A stretch of 63,994 nucleotides of DNA, counting the filler, from Basidiobolus ranarum (lineage: Eukaryota): NCBI GenBank assembly GCA_040143965.1. It is 8 parts of 8 records of this genome, joined end to end, with 100 filler letters (N's around TTAATTAATTAA, not from the genome) between each part and the next. Parts side by side here need not be neighbours in the genome. Positions count along the whole stretch, not along the records: positions 48,754 to 56,741 come from JASJQH010007910.1; positions 56,842 to 63,994 come from JASJQH010008046.1; 6 more parts are not named here. One strand, given 5' to 3'. The translations under genes were made by a program, and so were the position numbers. Below are positions 52,220 to 63,994 of this stretch, one piece after another; the first letter of the stretch is position 1; each line of letters opens with the position of its first letter. The notes below the pieces were generated by a model, which was not told the origin of the DNA, made no database searches, and saw only the letters and a program-made list of their open reading frames with translations.

Positions 52220-52843
52220 ATGTCGGCTGATCTTACCTGGCTTCTTGTAAAGGATAACTCCTGCTTTCTTGTAAAGCGTAGCGGAGTTCAATTCACCACT
52301 GAACCCAATAACTTGACAAACCTGAACTCTTTCAAGTACTCTGGTTTGGCTAACAATAAGGTTGTTGGTGTTAGCGCCGCTTCTTCTGGAAAGGGTGCTG
52401 TCTTGACCATCAAAAAGCAATCCATTTCTGCCTCTAAGCTCATCAAAGCTTTCCAAAAGGTCAGCATCGCCGGATCATCCCGTAGAGCTGGCAAGGTAAT
52501 CGCCAACAGCACTGCTCGTTCCGGCTATCGTGCTGATTTACGCAAGGTAAGAAGTTCTTCTGTTTATGTGACCAACGCAATCTGCTAGAATCCACTCAAT
52601 TCGTAACATGAAGGCTGGACGTATACTGATTGCAAAATTCAATATCTTCATCTGATACCCACCCTTTTTCAATATCTATGGAAAAGGGTTATTTCAATGT
52701 CGAAATATTTCCCTCGTTTATTCTTTCTTGTACTAAATACTCTATTGGTTTAGGCTGCTCTCGGTCGTCTCTCCGCTATTCTTGCTGCTCAAAAGCCAAA
52801 GAAGGTCACCAAGAGATGTGGTCGTAGCACTCTCCGCAAGTAA
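52220..52843 (+). CDS. RPL28: 60S ribosomal protein eL28; exons 52220-52546 and 52754-52843
   Basis: MSADLTWLLVKDNSCFLVKR..FTTEPNNLTNLNSFKYSGLAN; YRADLRK|AALGRLSAIL across a GT-AG intron. Confidence 0.93.
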
Positions 52844-55465
52844 ACCTCCTCAACGCACTAGAGACTTCTTTACATAAATAAAACATCCGTATATTTCTAG
52901 AACATCTCGACATCCAATATCAATATCACGAATGATTGACATATGTTCTCAGTTCCATACATATATCCATATGCACATTGGTACCCTAGCTTTAAATGAG
53001 ATTCTTCTAACAGCAAAGCTCGGGCTCAACTATTTCATTCCCTAACGAACTGAAATGATAGTTAGCGGAGATTTCAAATGACTGTCAATGACATTGTTGA
53101 TGTTTCCAAACATCACCAAATATCAAAGCTATTATACAATAACATTAGAGTTATATTCTCATGCATGAGGTCAAAAATGATTGATATGGCCTGGATAGGG
53201 AAAATTTTTCTTTACAAATAGCCAAGAAAGACTGATACAAATCAAGATAAATTGGCTTTCTAGCTGGGCCAAACGACTTGAAAGTAACAGGGTCGGTATG
53301 GTCATACTATTATCAAATCTTTCTAGAGGATACTGGCTCTAGTCATTCAAGGAATATTTTTTACATGGTATCTTGACTTTATACTTGAACACATAGTTAT
53401 AAAATGCCTGCCCTATGAAATACTGAGATTTATCCAATCAGCTATCCCTTGACTCTCAAATTCCTTAGCGAGTCCAATAGAAGAATGCATAACATGGCTG
53501 TTTACCTTTCAGGCACCCAGGAAGATATTTAAATCTCGACAATTTGCATTTGCAATTATATTGCTAAAAATACGAATAGTTTTAGGGCGCTCTTGATCTT
53601 TTTGTCCGAAAGATCAGCAAAATGATTGAGACTATGAGCAAGAGGTTAGTGTAAATTCGGTGACTAGAAAGCCGATGATTCAACATATTTCTGGCTTTAG
53701 TGAAGTCACTTCTATCTCGCTATAAGCTGAATAGCACTTCAAACAAGATGAAGGAATTAACCATCGGTCATAATTACGCGTACTGTTGAAGGAGTTGGGA
53801 CTCAAACAGTTCAACTCATGAACGCGCGTCTTGAACTTGGTTGAAAATAGGCATTACATGAAGGACTGGAGCTGAAAAGCGAACCATCTACAACCGGATG
53901 AAACGTGGAGGACTGGAGAGGAAATGGATTGAGCAATTTCCAGTATAGCATATCATATCGAGAATATTGTACTTGTGTAAGCTTACTTCTTCAATGTTAT
54001 AACCTGCTCTTTTGGGTCGGCGCACTTGTAAACCTGGAGAATAAAACCCTGGTTTGTCACAAGGTCCACTTTAGCCAACAAACGGCTCAATGAAGAACGG
54101 GATTTTCTCGAATTGGTACGTACTTGCACCAACCATCAGGCGCTGGATGACTCCCGGCAAACACTCAACTGTTGAGTGGTAGACTAGCCAACGAGCTCAT
54201 AGGACAGGTCTCGAGAATTCCAATATGTCGCACATTGTGCACGAGTATCTACCAATTAGTGTTTCCAAACTATGCTTAATACAGAATGTGCGCACGAAAT
54301 ATATTTGCCATGAAAAATACCGGAATGAACTGTAGTAGCATTGATTGGAAAATGCTGTCTTGAATGAAACGTGATGGTCACAGGTCTATGTCATTACGTC
54401 AATCCTGCTTTCTGCTCAATATCGGCTATGCCACATGTTTAGTATCCCGATGCACTTGCAACAGATGTACACTGGCTAGTTGGGTAATCATATTTTAGGC
54501 AATCCGGAGGAAGCTGAGATGAAGAACGACCGATTATATGGGCGGGTAATAGCAGTGCTGGCACCAGATATTTGCCACTTGGCTACAAGTTGACTTGGTA
54601 CATAATCACCAATCCATACACACTACAACTATAATTTAAATTGACTTTAGTTTTACTGTGCAGCTGGTTCTGATTGGTGGAGCTATGGTAGCGACTCTGC
54701 AATCATTCCAAACCAAAACGCCGCATCAGTGGTACATCTCCGGTCAGTTCAAGATACATATATAGATACTATCTCTAACGGGCATGATGCGCATATATAT
54801 ACATATCCATCGTATTTCTAAAAGATGTCCATTGAAGCCCCATTTTGGACTCTATGCTCATAAATCAATTCGTATCAGTTGTCGTGGAAATCATTTATCA
54901 ATCTATGCTATGTGTATTTGGTTAGCGTCACTCATTCCTCCCCAAACTTTGCAAAACCCCAAAAGAATCGGGTGCCTAGGTTCACTTCATTCCAGAATAG
55001 GAAGCAAGGGATCTTTCATCACCATTTTTGGGCACTGTCGGTTACGGCGACCTGCGTGGCATATATGTCGAGAAAGAGTGTCTAGTCGTAGTCATGATTC
55101 ATGGGTTTCACCTGGACAAGGTTGTAACATAAACAAGGTACCACTTTTTGCGAGCTAAATATTTGGAAATTAATTATATATTATGTAACTAGCTACGGCA
55201 TGCCTATTTATTTTCAATCGGGGATCAAATGAATTTAATCGCCTGTGCTACATCAGTGATTGTGTGTTCCAAGAGCTGATTGATCCAATTTTTTTCTCGC
55301 CTCAACCCTGCTCTTTTGGATTCAATCTGACAACCCAGTCGAAAAAAAAGATGAGCGGACAAGGATTTCCAGACAGTATAAGAGGAAGGCGTCCCCGCTG
55401 CTTTATACCCTCGGCCTTTGTTGACTCACTTAGTCTTTGCATTAAACTTTTAGTGTCCATACAAA

Positions 55466-56741
55466 ATGGTTAACTTCACTATCGGTATGTATCTTTCTGT
55501 TTCTCCCAGGGTTTGCTGCAATCTTTGAAGGAAAGTTGCTAATATTCCAATGAAATTCTTCGCCTTACAGACCAAATCCGTGGCCTTATGGACAAGGTTA
55601 CGAACATTCGTAACATGTCTGTGATTGCTCACGTCGATCACGGTAAATCTACTCTTACCGATTCCCTCGTCTCTAAGGCCGGTATTATTTCTTCTGCCAG
55701 AGCTGGTGAAACCCGTTTCACTGATACTCGTCAGGATGAACAAGATCGTTGTATTACTATTAAGTCTACTGCTATTTCTATGTTCTTTGAGCTCCCCAAG
55801 GAGGACATTGGTGAAATCAAGCAAAAGACTGAGGGTAATGAGTTCTTGATTAACTTGATCGATTCCCCCGGTCACGTCGATTTCTCTTCTGAAGTTACCG
55901 CCGCTCTTCGTGTCACTGATGGTGCTTTGGTCGTCGTCGATTGCGTTTCCGGTGTCTCCGTCCAAACCGAAACTGTCTTGCGTCAAGCCCTTACTGAACG
56001 TATCAAGCCTGTTATTATCATTAACAAGGTTGATCGTGCTTTCCTTGAATTGCAATTGACCAAGGAAGATTTGTATACTTCTTTCCTTCGTACCATCGAA
56101 TCCGTCAATGTTATCATTGCTACTTACTTCGATCCTATCCTCGGTGATGTCCAAGTCTACCCTGAACGTGGTACCGTTGCTTTCGGTTCCGGTCTTCACG
56201 GTTGGGGTTTCACTTTGATACAATTCGCTCAACGTTATGCCAAGAAATTCGGTGTTGACCAAGACAAGATGATGGCCAAGCTTTGGGGAGAGAACTACTT
56301 CAACCCCGCTACCCGCAAGTGGACCAACAAGGGTGTTGATGCCAACGGCAAGCCCCTTGAACGTGCTTTCTGTATGTTCATCTTGGACCCTATCTTCAAG
56401 CTCTTCGATTCTATCATGAACTTCAAGAAGGAACAAACTACCTCCATGTTGGAGAAGTTGGAAGTTCCTCTTAAGGCTGATGAGAGAGACTTGGAAGGTA
56501 AGGCTCTTCTTAAGGTTGTCATGCGCAAGTTCTTGCCTGCCGCTGATGCTTTATTGGAGATGATTGTCATCCACTTGCCTTCTCCCGTTACCGCTCAGAA
56601 GTACAGAGCTGAATTCTTGTACGAAGGTCCCCAAGATGATCACTGCGCTGAAGGTATCCGTAACTGCGACCCCAAGGGTCCTCTTATGTTGTACGTTTCC
56701 ATGATGGTTCCTTCCTCAGATAAGGGACGGTTCTTTGCTTT
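55466..56741 (+). CDS. EFT2: Translation elongation factor 2, 5' part; exon 55466-55484, intron 55485-55570
   Basis: [54 protein letters not shown] and NKVD. Truncated at the contig end. Confidence 0.98.
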
Positions 56742-56841
56742 NNNNNNNNNNNNNNNNNNNNNNNNNNNNNNNNNNNNNNNNNNNNTTAATTAATTAANNN
56801 NNNNNNNNNNNNNNNNNNNNNNNNNNNNNNNNNNNNNNNNN
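56742..56841. other. Artificial contig spacer
   Basis: N44-TTAATTAATTAA-N44. Confidence 0.98.
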
Positions 56842-58339
56842 AAACTAAATCCCCAGTCTTTGGATCGATGAGCACTTAAGCCGACTCTCGCTTAATTCTG
56901 GCATTCGTGAAGATAAGATCAGATGGTATCATGGTAAAACTTACCAATGCAACCAGCCTTCGATCACACACTACCCACAATGGGTTATTCGGTGTTCGAT
57001 GAAAGGATGAACCAATTTGTTTGGATTATTTCGTAGATACGGTGTAGCTACTCCCGTTATGTCAATATTGGATCCTTGATGAGCTGGATGCCAAACCATG
57101 TTGAATGTATGGGAATAAGACTCCTTTCCAAATTGGTGCGCAAGCTCACATGAACGCACTAATCCTGTCGGTGCTCGTGGGACAAAGTTACTAATGTGGC
57201 GAGTCATTATTTTGGTAATATACAGGCTACATTCCGGAATGGTTCCGATATGAGCTGATAGCAGATAGAAAATCCAATTCCTGGCGTAACAATCCAGTCG
57301 GGTTGCTAGCAGATCTGTTGAAAGCATGGAATATCTGATCGGATGGAAGCGTTCTTGCCCCTGTGTGAAAGGCAACGACAAAGTGGTTACAACGGGTATG
57401 TTGTGGTCCACTTATATTGAGGGATTGAGAGTGTGGTGATTAAGCATATCATCTTGGGTGAATCAAGTGTTATGCTACCGAGTTGGAAGCTCTCTACTGG
57501 CTTATTGACGATGGCCATCGTACCGTGGTAAGGAGCATATGAGAACTAGTCAATATTGCCAGATTCAGTTCTGCACGGGTACGTGTATGTTCGACAGACA
57601 TGTGGGACTGACATTACTGACATTTTGCCATGGTGCTGTTCCCTTTCTGGATCTTAGCACTTAATGCTGTGATACAATTCATTCAGAATTCAAGTTACAA
57701 TGGAGTACTGCTCGATACAAGATGCTCTCTTTGAGGTAACCACAACTCCACCAATGGCTGCACGCGCTGTCCCTGATCACAGGTATTATCGATCATTTTG
57801 ATTCTCGAATGGAAGGACGTATCATATGGTACCTTGTCAGTTAGAGATGATGAAATGTTAGATTTTGGAATATTCTTACATAAATGTTGAACAAGCTTAA
57901 TTGCTACCTAACCTCAGTCAAGAGAACAAATCAAAGGCCACTTGAGCAATGCGCTCATTTTGATGGGCCAGAGAAAATCTAAAAGAAATTCTCATATTGT
58001 ATTGTGATCTTATTTGATGATTGTCTCACCTTTTGTAATCAAACTCAATCTAAACCTCATATCGGACGATCAGATCCTATTGGAGCAGACTTGATTGGCT
58101 ATACCCGGATGTTGGAGATACTAGCTAGCGGGAGATAGAGACGATGATATCCCGAAAATCCCCACTTCAGCGTGGATTTCCTATATAATCGAGCTTGCTG
58201 TTCGGTTGATAATTCAGTTTCGTGTATCATCGGCCTCAACTTCTTGTGTTAGTTAAACAACTCCCCAACATTATTTTGTAGTAAACAGTAGTTTTACTAC
58301 CTACAGTTATACTTTCACCAACCTCTACCGTTCCTAAAA

Positions 58340-59611
58340 ATGTCCACTACAAAGCCACTCATGATTCCTTACATGAATCTTGGGATTGACAAGGCCCATC
58401 GCATCCGCGCCAACTCTCCAAACAAGGGGATCAGTATTCCCTATCATTCGCAAGAGAGCCTTGTTTCACAGTACTCCACCAAGCTTGACAACTGCTCTAT
58501 TAAATCTGGATATACAAGCATAGTTTCCACCGCTCCAAGTACTCCTACCAATACCACTGTTAGCACTCATGACTCCTTCACCATTGGCATGTCTTCATTG
58601 TATAAAGTTCCCAGTAGATTCGTCTTTAGAGATGCCAAGAAAGAAAGAAAATCATTCACCTCCAAACATTTCAGCTTCTTGACCAACATTCTCAAGAAAT
58701 CTGACAAAACTACTCAACCATCCTTGCCCAAATGCCAAGCTCGCTACTACGCACCACTATTGGATGCTTTAAGGAAACGTATTGCTCCTTCACTGAACGA
58801 ACTTTACGGTCAGTTTACCGACTCCATCTCCTGTGGCCCAGGAGGGGGTGTCAGAGAGACTTGCTGCACTAGGACCGGTAATAAGTACGCGGTCAAGAGC
58901 TTTCGCAAAATGAAGCATGGCGAAAACGAACAGCGTTATTATGAATGGATTAGCAACGAAGTGTATATTGCCGCTTCTCTTGTTCATGATAATGTGATTC
59001 AAACTGTGGATGTGATCATGGAGAATGATCAGATCCACGAAGTGATGGAATATTGCCCTCAAGATCTCTTCAATGTCATCAATAATAACGATTTGACTCA
59101 AAAAGAAATCAACACATATTTCAGCGAATTAATGCATGGACTGGCTTACCTGCATCACCGTGGGGTTGCTCATAGAGATCTCAAGCTCGAGAATCTCTGT
59201 GTTGACCAGAAGGGAACACTCAAGATTATCGACTTTGGATGTGCCTTCATCTTCTTGGACCCACTCAGCGAGGAGAATCGGGCTAAAGCCAGCGGGCTGA
59301 TTGGCTCAGACCCGTACATTGCCCCAGAGGTCTTCAGCGGTGATTCATACGATGCAGCCAAAACCGACATCTGGTCAGCAGCCATTATCTATCTCTGCAT
59401 GATCCTCAAGAAGTTCCCTTGGGATGTGGCCAAGGACACCGAAAGTAACTACATGCTCTACCAACAATACAGAGATAACGAGGACTTCTTCGTCCATCTT
59501 CCCAAAGAATCATTTCCATTGATTCGCAAGATGTTGGATCCCAATCCAGAAACTCGCATCACTGTGAATGAGGTGTTCGAAGATGACTGGTTCAAATCTT
59601 TGACCGCTTAA
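58340..59611 (+). CDS. Ser/Thr protein kinase, HAL/NPR-like family
   Basis: YAVK, HRDLKLEN, LKIIDFG, GSDPYIAPE and DIWS motifs; Ser/Thr-rich N-terminus; intronless. Confidence 0.92.
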   Translation: MSTTKPLMIPYMNLGIDKAHRIRANSPNKGISIPYHSQESLVSQYSTKLDNCSIKSGYTSIVSTAPSTPTNTTVSTHDSFTIGMSSLYKVPSRFVFRDAKKERKSFTSKHFSFLTNILKKSDKTTQPSLPKCQARYYAPLLDALRKRIAPSLNELYGQFTDSISCGPGGGVRETCCTRTGNKYAVKSFRKMKHGENEQRYYEWISNEVYIAASLVHDNVIQTVDVIMENDQIHEVMEYCPQDLFNVINNNDLTQKEINTYFSELMHGLAYLHHRGVAHRDLKLENLCVDQKGTLKIIDFGCAFIFLDPLSEENRAKASGLIGSDPYIAPEVFSGDSYDAAKTDIWSAAIIYLCMILKKFPWDVAKDTESNYMLYQQYRDNEDFFVHLPKESFPLIRKMLDPNPETRITVNEVFEDDWFKSLTA

Positions 59612-61368
59612 GTTCCCCACTAAGCCGGCCCACTTTCTAATAAGCCGCCTTTCACACTGTAATTTAAAATCATACTCATCACAACTATACATTGTACCAT
59701 TCGAGTCACCCAGTGATCTCCATATAATCATCAGCTGCTAGCATTCCATTAGAAGTATTCTTCAAATAATGACATAATAAAATTTTGATAGAACCTATCG
59801 ATTGTTCTCTGCTTTTGGGCCTTGTCTATCATACAGTTCATAACATCAATGATGTTATTACAATGGCTGATCGATACATTTTCTAAAATAGATTAGCGTG
59901 ATGGTTGAGTGTCCATTTTAATGCCGTTATCTGGCCGACTCGTATGCATTCAATATGGTAAATTATCGGGGTTTTTCTGCACTTGGAAACCCCTATTTAT
60001 AGCCGATAAATGAGTTCGTTTGAATACCGTTCTATCGAAGTTCGTTCACTTTTCTACTACTAGCACATCTACTGGGCATCGGCTATTTCTCACAGCTTGC
60101 TCAACGGCAATCACCAATCAGGAATGATCAGGGGTCGGGAATAGACCTTGTCTAAGACGACCAACGTTTATTCGAAACATACCTCTCGGCTTGAAGTTCG
60201 GACGCTTGTACATTCAAAAACAGGTGGATATTTAGAACCATAACTCTCTTGAGGGTCTTAAGGCTATAAGATAGCATATGCATGAGGTGATTTGGACTCT
60301 GGACTTTGGTGCTACCTCGTTGTCACCAAATTTAGAGATTTAGTCCTCTAAGGGTAATTTTTAGGGACAAAGGCCCTTTTAACCCTGCGATTTATATTCG
60401 CTTGGGTAAATTGGCATGAATATCCGTTGATATCTACAGCCTAGTTGAATCGTTTCCAAACATACTCATGATGAGACATCATAAAAGTATCTTCAGGTCT
60501 ATATTTATTTCTACCGAGAGTCTTAATATGCCATTATGCATCAGTATCTGATGGAACGGGTGAAGATAGGTTGAGTTATCCAAAGCGACTATCGAGTTGG
60601 GCATCGGACGTTATAGCTGTAGTGCTTTTTTTCTACTTCAGCGACTCTCGGGCCTCGCTCGGCGTTTAGCAACGCCCATTAGTAAAACACTCTAGTAGCT
60701 TACATGAGATATACCCGACTTCTAGCCTAAAGAAGAAAGAAATTATAATGTAGTCTAAATCAGGAAGTCACCCCTTTTGACCTGGCAGGTGCTGATATTA
60801 TTGAACTTCTAGGGGTACAACTGGAACTGACGACTAAATTCGCTTACTATATGCATTTTGAGGTTTTAAATATGCCTAACTGATGGTTTTGATTATCAGG
60901 ATGCCAAATCATAATCATTTAGATCATATAAGTTGTATTTACAACATCCATTGTAAGTTTTGTATTAGGGATCAAGCACCTTGATATTCATATCATGCTT
61001 AGTATACATAATATTTGTTAACTGAATATTTCGTAAGTCAGGGTCATAACATATTCTTGGGTTAGAAATCAGAAATGTTGAGAAATAACATAATTTTAAA
61101 CTCTTCCATAATTTCTCACAATTCGACCTATGACCAAGGTTCTACGAATACATTCATATAGATATTGTATTTCTCCGTTTACGACACAAACTTTGTATAT
61201 TTAATCATGTAAAATATTCGGTTCTAATCTCCACCAATATGTATCAACTATAATTCATCTCTACTTTTACAGAAGGTGTTGCTTTTTGGTCTTTAACTCA
61301 ATTGTGCTACTGAGGAGTTGTTATACTCTGCAGCTTGTATCTACATCATCAATTTTCTTCTACTCATC

Positions 61369-61682
61369 TGTTGAAATTAGCATTGCCTAAACACCTATAT
61401 AGTCATATATAACTTAGTATTTAATTATGCTATATGAACTAAGATATCACTCATTAATTGATATCGGAATTTACTTGGAAGTTTGAAGATATATAGACTT
61501 TGATAACTTGTGCTAGAAGCCCCAAACTTTGCACGGATGTTCCTGAGACCTTCCTTAACACATTCTACACATTAGTTTGTTTACATCTTGACAAAGCTAT
61601 AAATGTCGACTCATTAAGTGAAAACCACCAATTTCTCTAATTCTCCAAACCACTTCCAACAGGCTCCTAAAATACTTTAACA
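61369..61682 (+). mobile_element. Solo LTR, family A
   Basis: TGTTGAAATTAGCATTGCC...TACTTTAACA is colinear with 2007-2350. No perfect target-site duplication visible. Confidence 0.85.
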
Positions 61683-63501
61683 ATATCAAGTGTTGTGGAA
61701 GATTCAAAGAACCATATATTATATAAATTTTCATTTGTATCTTGAGCTTGCCTCAAAGCTATTGCTTTGAGTCAAATAACTTGACCTCTCATAGTTGCTC
61801 ACAATACTATAGTTCAAGTTTTGCGACCATATCTTAGAACTGTTAAATATAATCTAGCAAAACATTGTAAAATCATCACTGTAGAGACACACTTTTCACT
61901 CTAATATTGAACACTACATTATTACCCTAACACAGTAGATTTAATAAAGACTTCATTGATTTGGATATAAGCCTAAGGTGTTACTTGTACTAGTATTATG
62001 CTACTCCAGCCAGCTGGGACTACATAATATAGGAGGGTGGAGATGAGGAAAAATATTAAATTTTGTTGTCAACTGTCTAAGGTAGTTAAAATGGATCAAC
62101 AACCATGAAGATCTCATCAAAAACCAGTGTGTAGAGAGGCAGAAAAATTGTGGGATTACTCATATAGTTAACTGCACTAGCACACCCTATTCAGTTGAAC
62201 TGTCGATGGTAAGTGAAGGAATATAATCGCGTCGCTACTCGAAGAAACTACTAAGAATGACGAATAGCATGATGTGCATGACAATGGAGTAACATCGATT
62301 ATACTTGCTGAAGGATAAAGTTATTAACCGAGACAAGCGAATTTGTCAATCTCTAGCTTAAAAGACTATTTGCAAGTGACGAAAAATAAGGTGCGAATAC
62401 CTTTACAGGTATAATGATGTGTGAATTATGGTCATGTATTACCGTAAGTAGAATGGCTCTCTATCAGTTTCAAGATATTCCTCCAATGGAAGCCGAATCT
62501 AGACTCGATGTAGCATACAGAGGATAGATAGTCTTGTCTTATATTACCCTATCATTTGCTGATATTATCATCAAAATTAGCAACTCAAGACCAAACAAGA
62601 GCATTTTCTTAAAATTCAGCAAGATCGGGCCAATAAAAAAAAGCATTGTTGGTGGAGATCGATGGCACTGCTTGATCATAATTGCCATTGGTTCATACCA
62701 TAAGTATATATTTTTGGAACCTCGTGATCTGATCAACGGGGGTGTTCAGGGACAAAGAATCGACAGATTGATATCCTTGCTGACACATGATTTCTACTAC
62801 TTGAATAAGGCAGAATGTACATGTTGTGGCGAGCTTCACTCGACTTGGGCTTCTCAATTATGATTTTTGAAAGTACTAGCACACCGTCCTGTGCTGGCCG
62901 CTTTAGGCCTCCAAATACCGCAGCGTAGTTGATGCTCATCCCGTTCAGCAAGAACCTCAGTGCCGAGCTGCGCTTGGGATATATTTACGTATAATGAAGC
63001 CAAATGGGCAAGTTTCAGGTGTAGTCATCCCACGATGTGATGATATTGGTCGAAGGGATGATCAGGCTCATTAAAATTCGTGAGAGCAAGTCAAATCAGT
63101 GTCTTTCCGCGAAAGTGTTGGCTTGAGCATGCCCTCGTTTCGAATGCTGCTGGGGTTCGGCGAGACCGCTACTGACATACGCTTTTTTTGTAGTAAAAAG
63201 GGTTACCTGATCGTATCAATCTATAGAATCATGCTGTTTACCGACTAAACTGAATCACCGCATCCGGCTGTCATCCGCTTTCCATATACAATCCACACAA
63301 ACAAGCCATCTGATTGGTGACTTGACTAAGCTAGAACATTTGAGTGGCCAGAGATGCGTGGCGTCGTAGTTTTTATAAAAAGAGCCCAGATGACTGGTCA
63401 AGAATGCTCAACTATCCCTATTACTCTTGTTTATTAGTTGGCCCACAATATAAATTATCGAAACACTTTTGGTTGTAGTCTATTATATTTGTTTACTAGT
63501 A

Positions 63502-63994
63502 ATGCCAGTTACCAAACCAATGTTAACCCCTTACCTTACTACCCATTACGACGGGGCTCCCAACAAAGGACTCCATATTCCCTATCACTCGCAAGAAAGT
63601 ATCACTTCACAGCATTCCGGCGGATTGACTGACACCTCAGCTAAGCCGGATCATGGAACCTCTACACACAATAATGTAGTTGATGATTGCTTTGCGGCTG
63701 ATTTGCTATCACTGTACAAGGTTCCCAGTAGATTCGTATTTAGAGATAGCAAGAAGGAACATAAGCAATCCCATCACAAACGATTCGGCTTCTTCAGCTT
63801 GCATAGAAGGCATGTCACACCACACAATGAGCCAAAAGTGCCAATCAGCACGAAACACTACATGCCATTGTTGGAAGCGCTGAGAAAGCGGGATGCACCA
63901 TCACTCAATCAACTCTACGGTGATTTCACTAGTGACATCTGTAGTGGAGCTGGAGGGGGGGTTAGACAAACTAACTGTCCACGCACTGGTAAAA
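63502..63994 (+). CDS. Tandem paralog of the HAL/NPR-like kinase, 5' part (runs off the window; absent from the ORF track)
   Basis: Open frame MPVTKPMLTPY..PNKGLHIPYHSQES..SLYKVPSRFVFRDSKKE..PLLEALRKR.APSLNQLYG.F..ICSGAGGGVR..RTGK is colinear with the 58340 gene. Confidence 0.9.
   Translation, partial: MPVTKPMLTPYLTTHYDGAPNKGLHIPYHSQESITSQHSGGLTDTSAKPDHGTSTHNNVVDDCFAADLLSLYKVPSRFVFRDSKKEHKQSHHKRFGFFSLHRRHVTPHNEPKVPISTKHYMPLLEALRKRDAPSLNQLYGDFTSDICSGAGGGVRQTNCPRTGK

Noticed and set aside
54161..54178. Short perfect hairpin CACTCAAC-T-GTTGAGTG (also small palindromes at ~21211-21244 and ~32951-32972)
   Set aside because: Isolated short palindromes are expected by chance in 64 kb and have no supporting context.
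55450..56436. 328-aa minus-strand ORF
   Set aside because: Antisense shadow of the strongly codon-biased EF2 gene. It spans the EF2 intron and has no independent motifs.
56971..57411. 146-aa minus-strand ORF
   Set aside because: Non-ATG start, no recognisable domain and no supporting gene structure.
61921..61935. ACCCTAACA resembling the CMC terminus
   Set aside because: No further homology to the element ends beyond about 9-10 nt.

Overview
This is not one continuous locus. It is eight unrelated contigs of about 8 kb, joined in decreasing size order by artificial 100-bp spacers (N44-TTAATTAATTAA-N44), so gene neighbourhoods are only meaningful within a contig. The DNA is AT-rich fungal genomic sequence with short GT-AG introns. 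Gene content suggests an early-diverging fungus (Zoopagomycota/Mucoromycota-like; inference only). Contig 1 (1-8044): decayed nested LTR retrotransposons (Ty1/copia pol plus LTR, a second LTR-like family, Ty3/gypsy remnants). Contig 2: BTG/Tob protein, an atypical 'MGKGF' hexokinase, a SWIRM protein and the ACC1 3' end. Contig 3: a questin-oxidase/DUF4243 gene, a Pro/Cys-repeat protein resembling plant proline-rich proteins, and a decayed paralog of it. Contig 4: three CMC/CACTA-type DNA transposon copies with CCCTA termini, one interrupting a copia integrase. Contig 5: a Gti1/Pac2 (WOPR) transcription factor and a GH9 3' end. Contig 6: RPS31, a Zn2Cys6 transcription factor with a 13-nt micro-exon, and a large-subunit catalase. 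Contig 7: LTR fragments, CAF1/POP2, RPL28 and EF2. Contig 8: two tandem HAL/NPR-type kinase paralogs with a solo LTR between them. Comparing repeat copies shows CpG-specific C-to-T erosion in transposon-dense regions. I found no demonstrably new multi-gene system. The best leads are the Pro/Cys protein family, the three-ORF CCCTA transposon and the CpG erosion signature.
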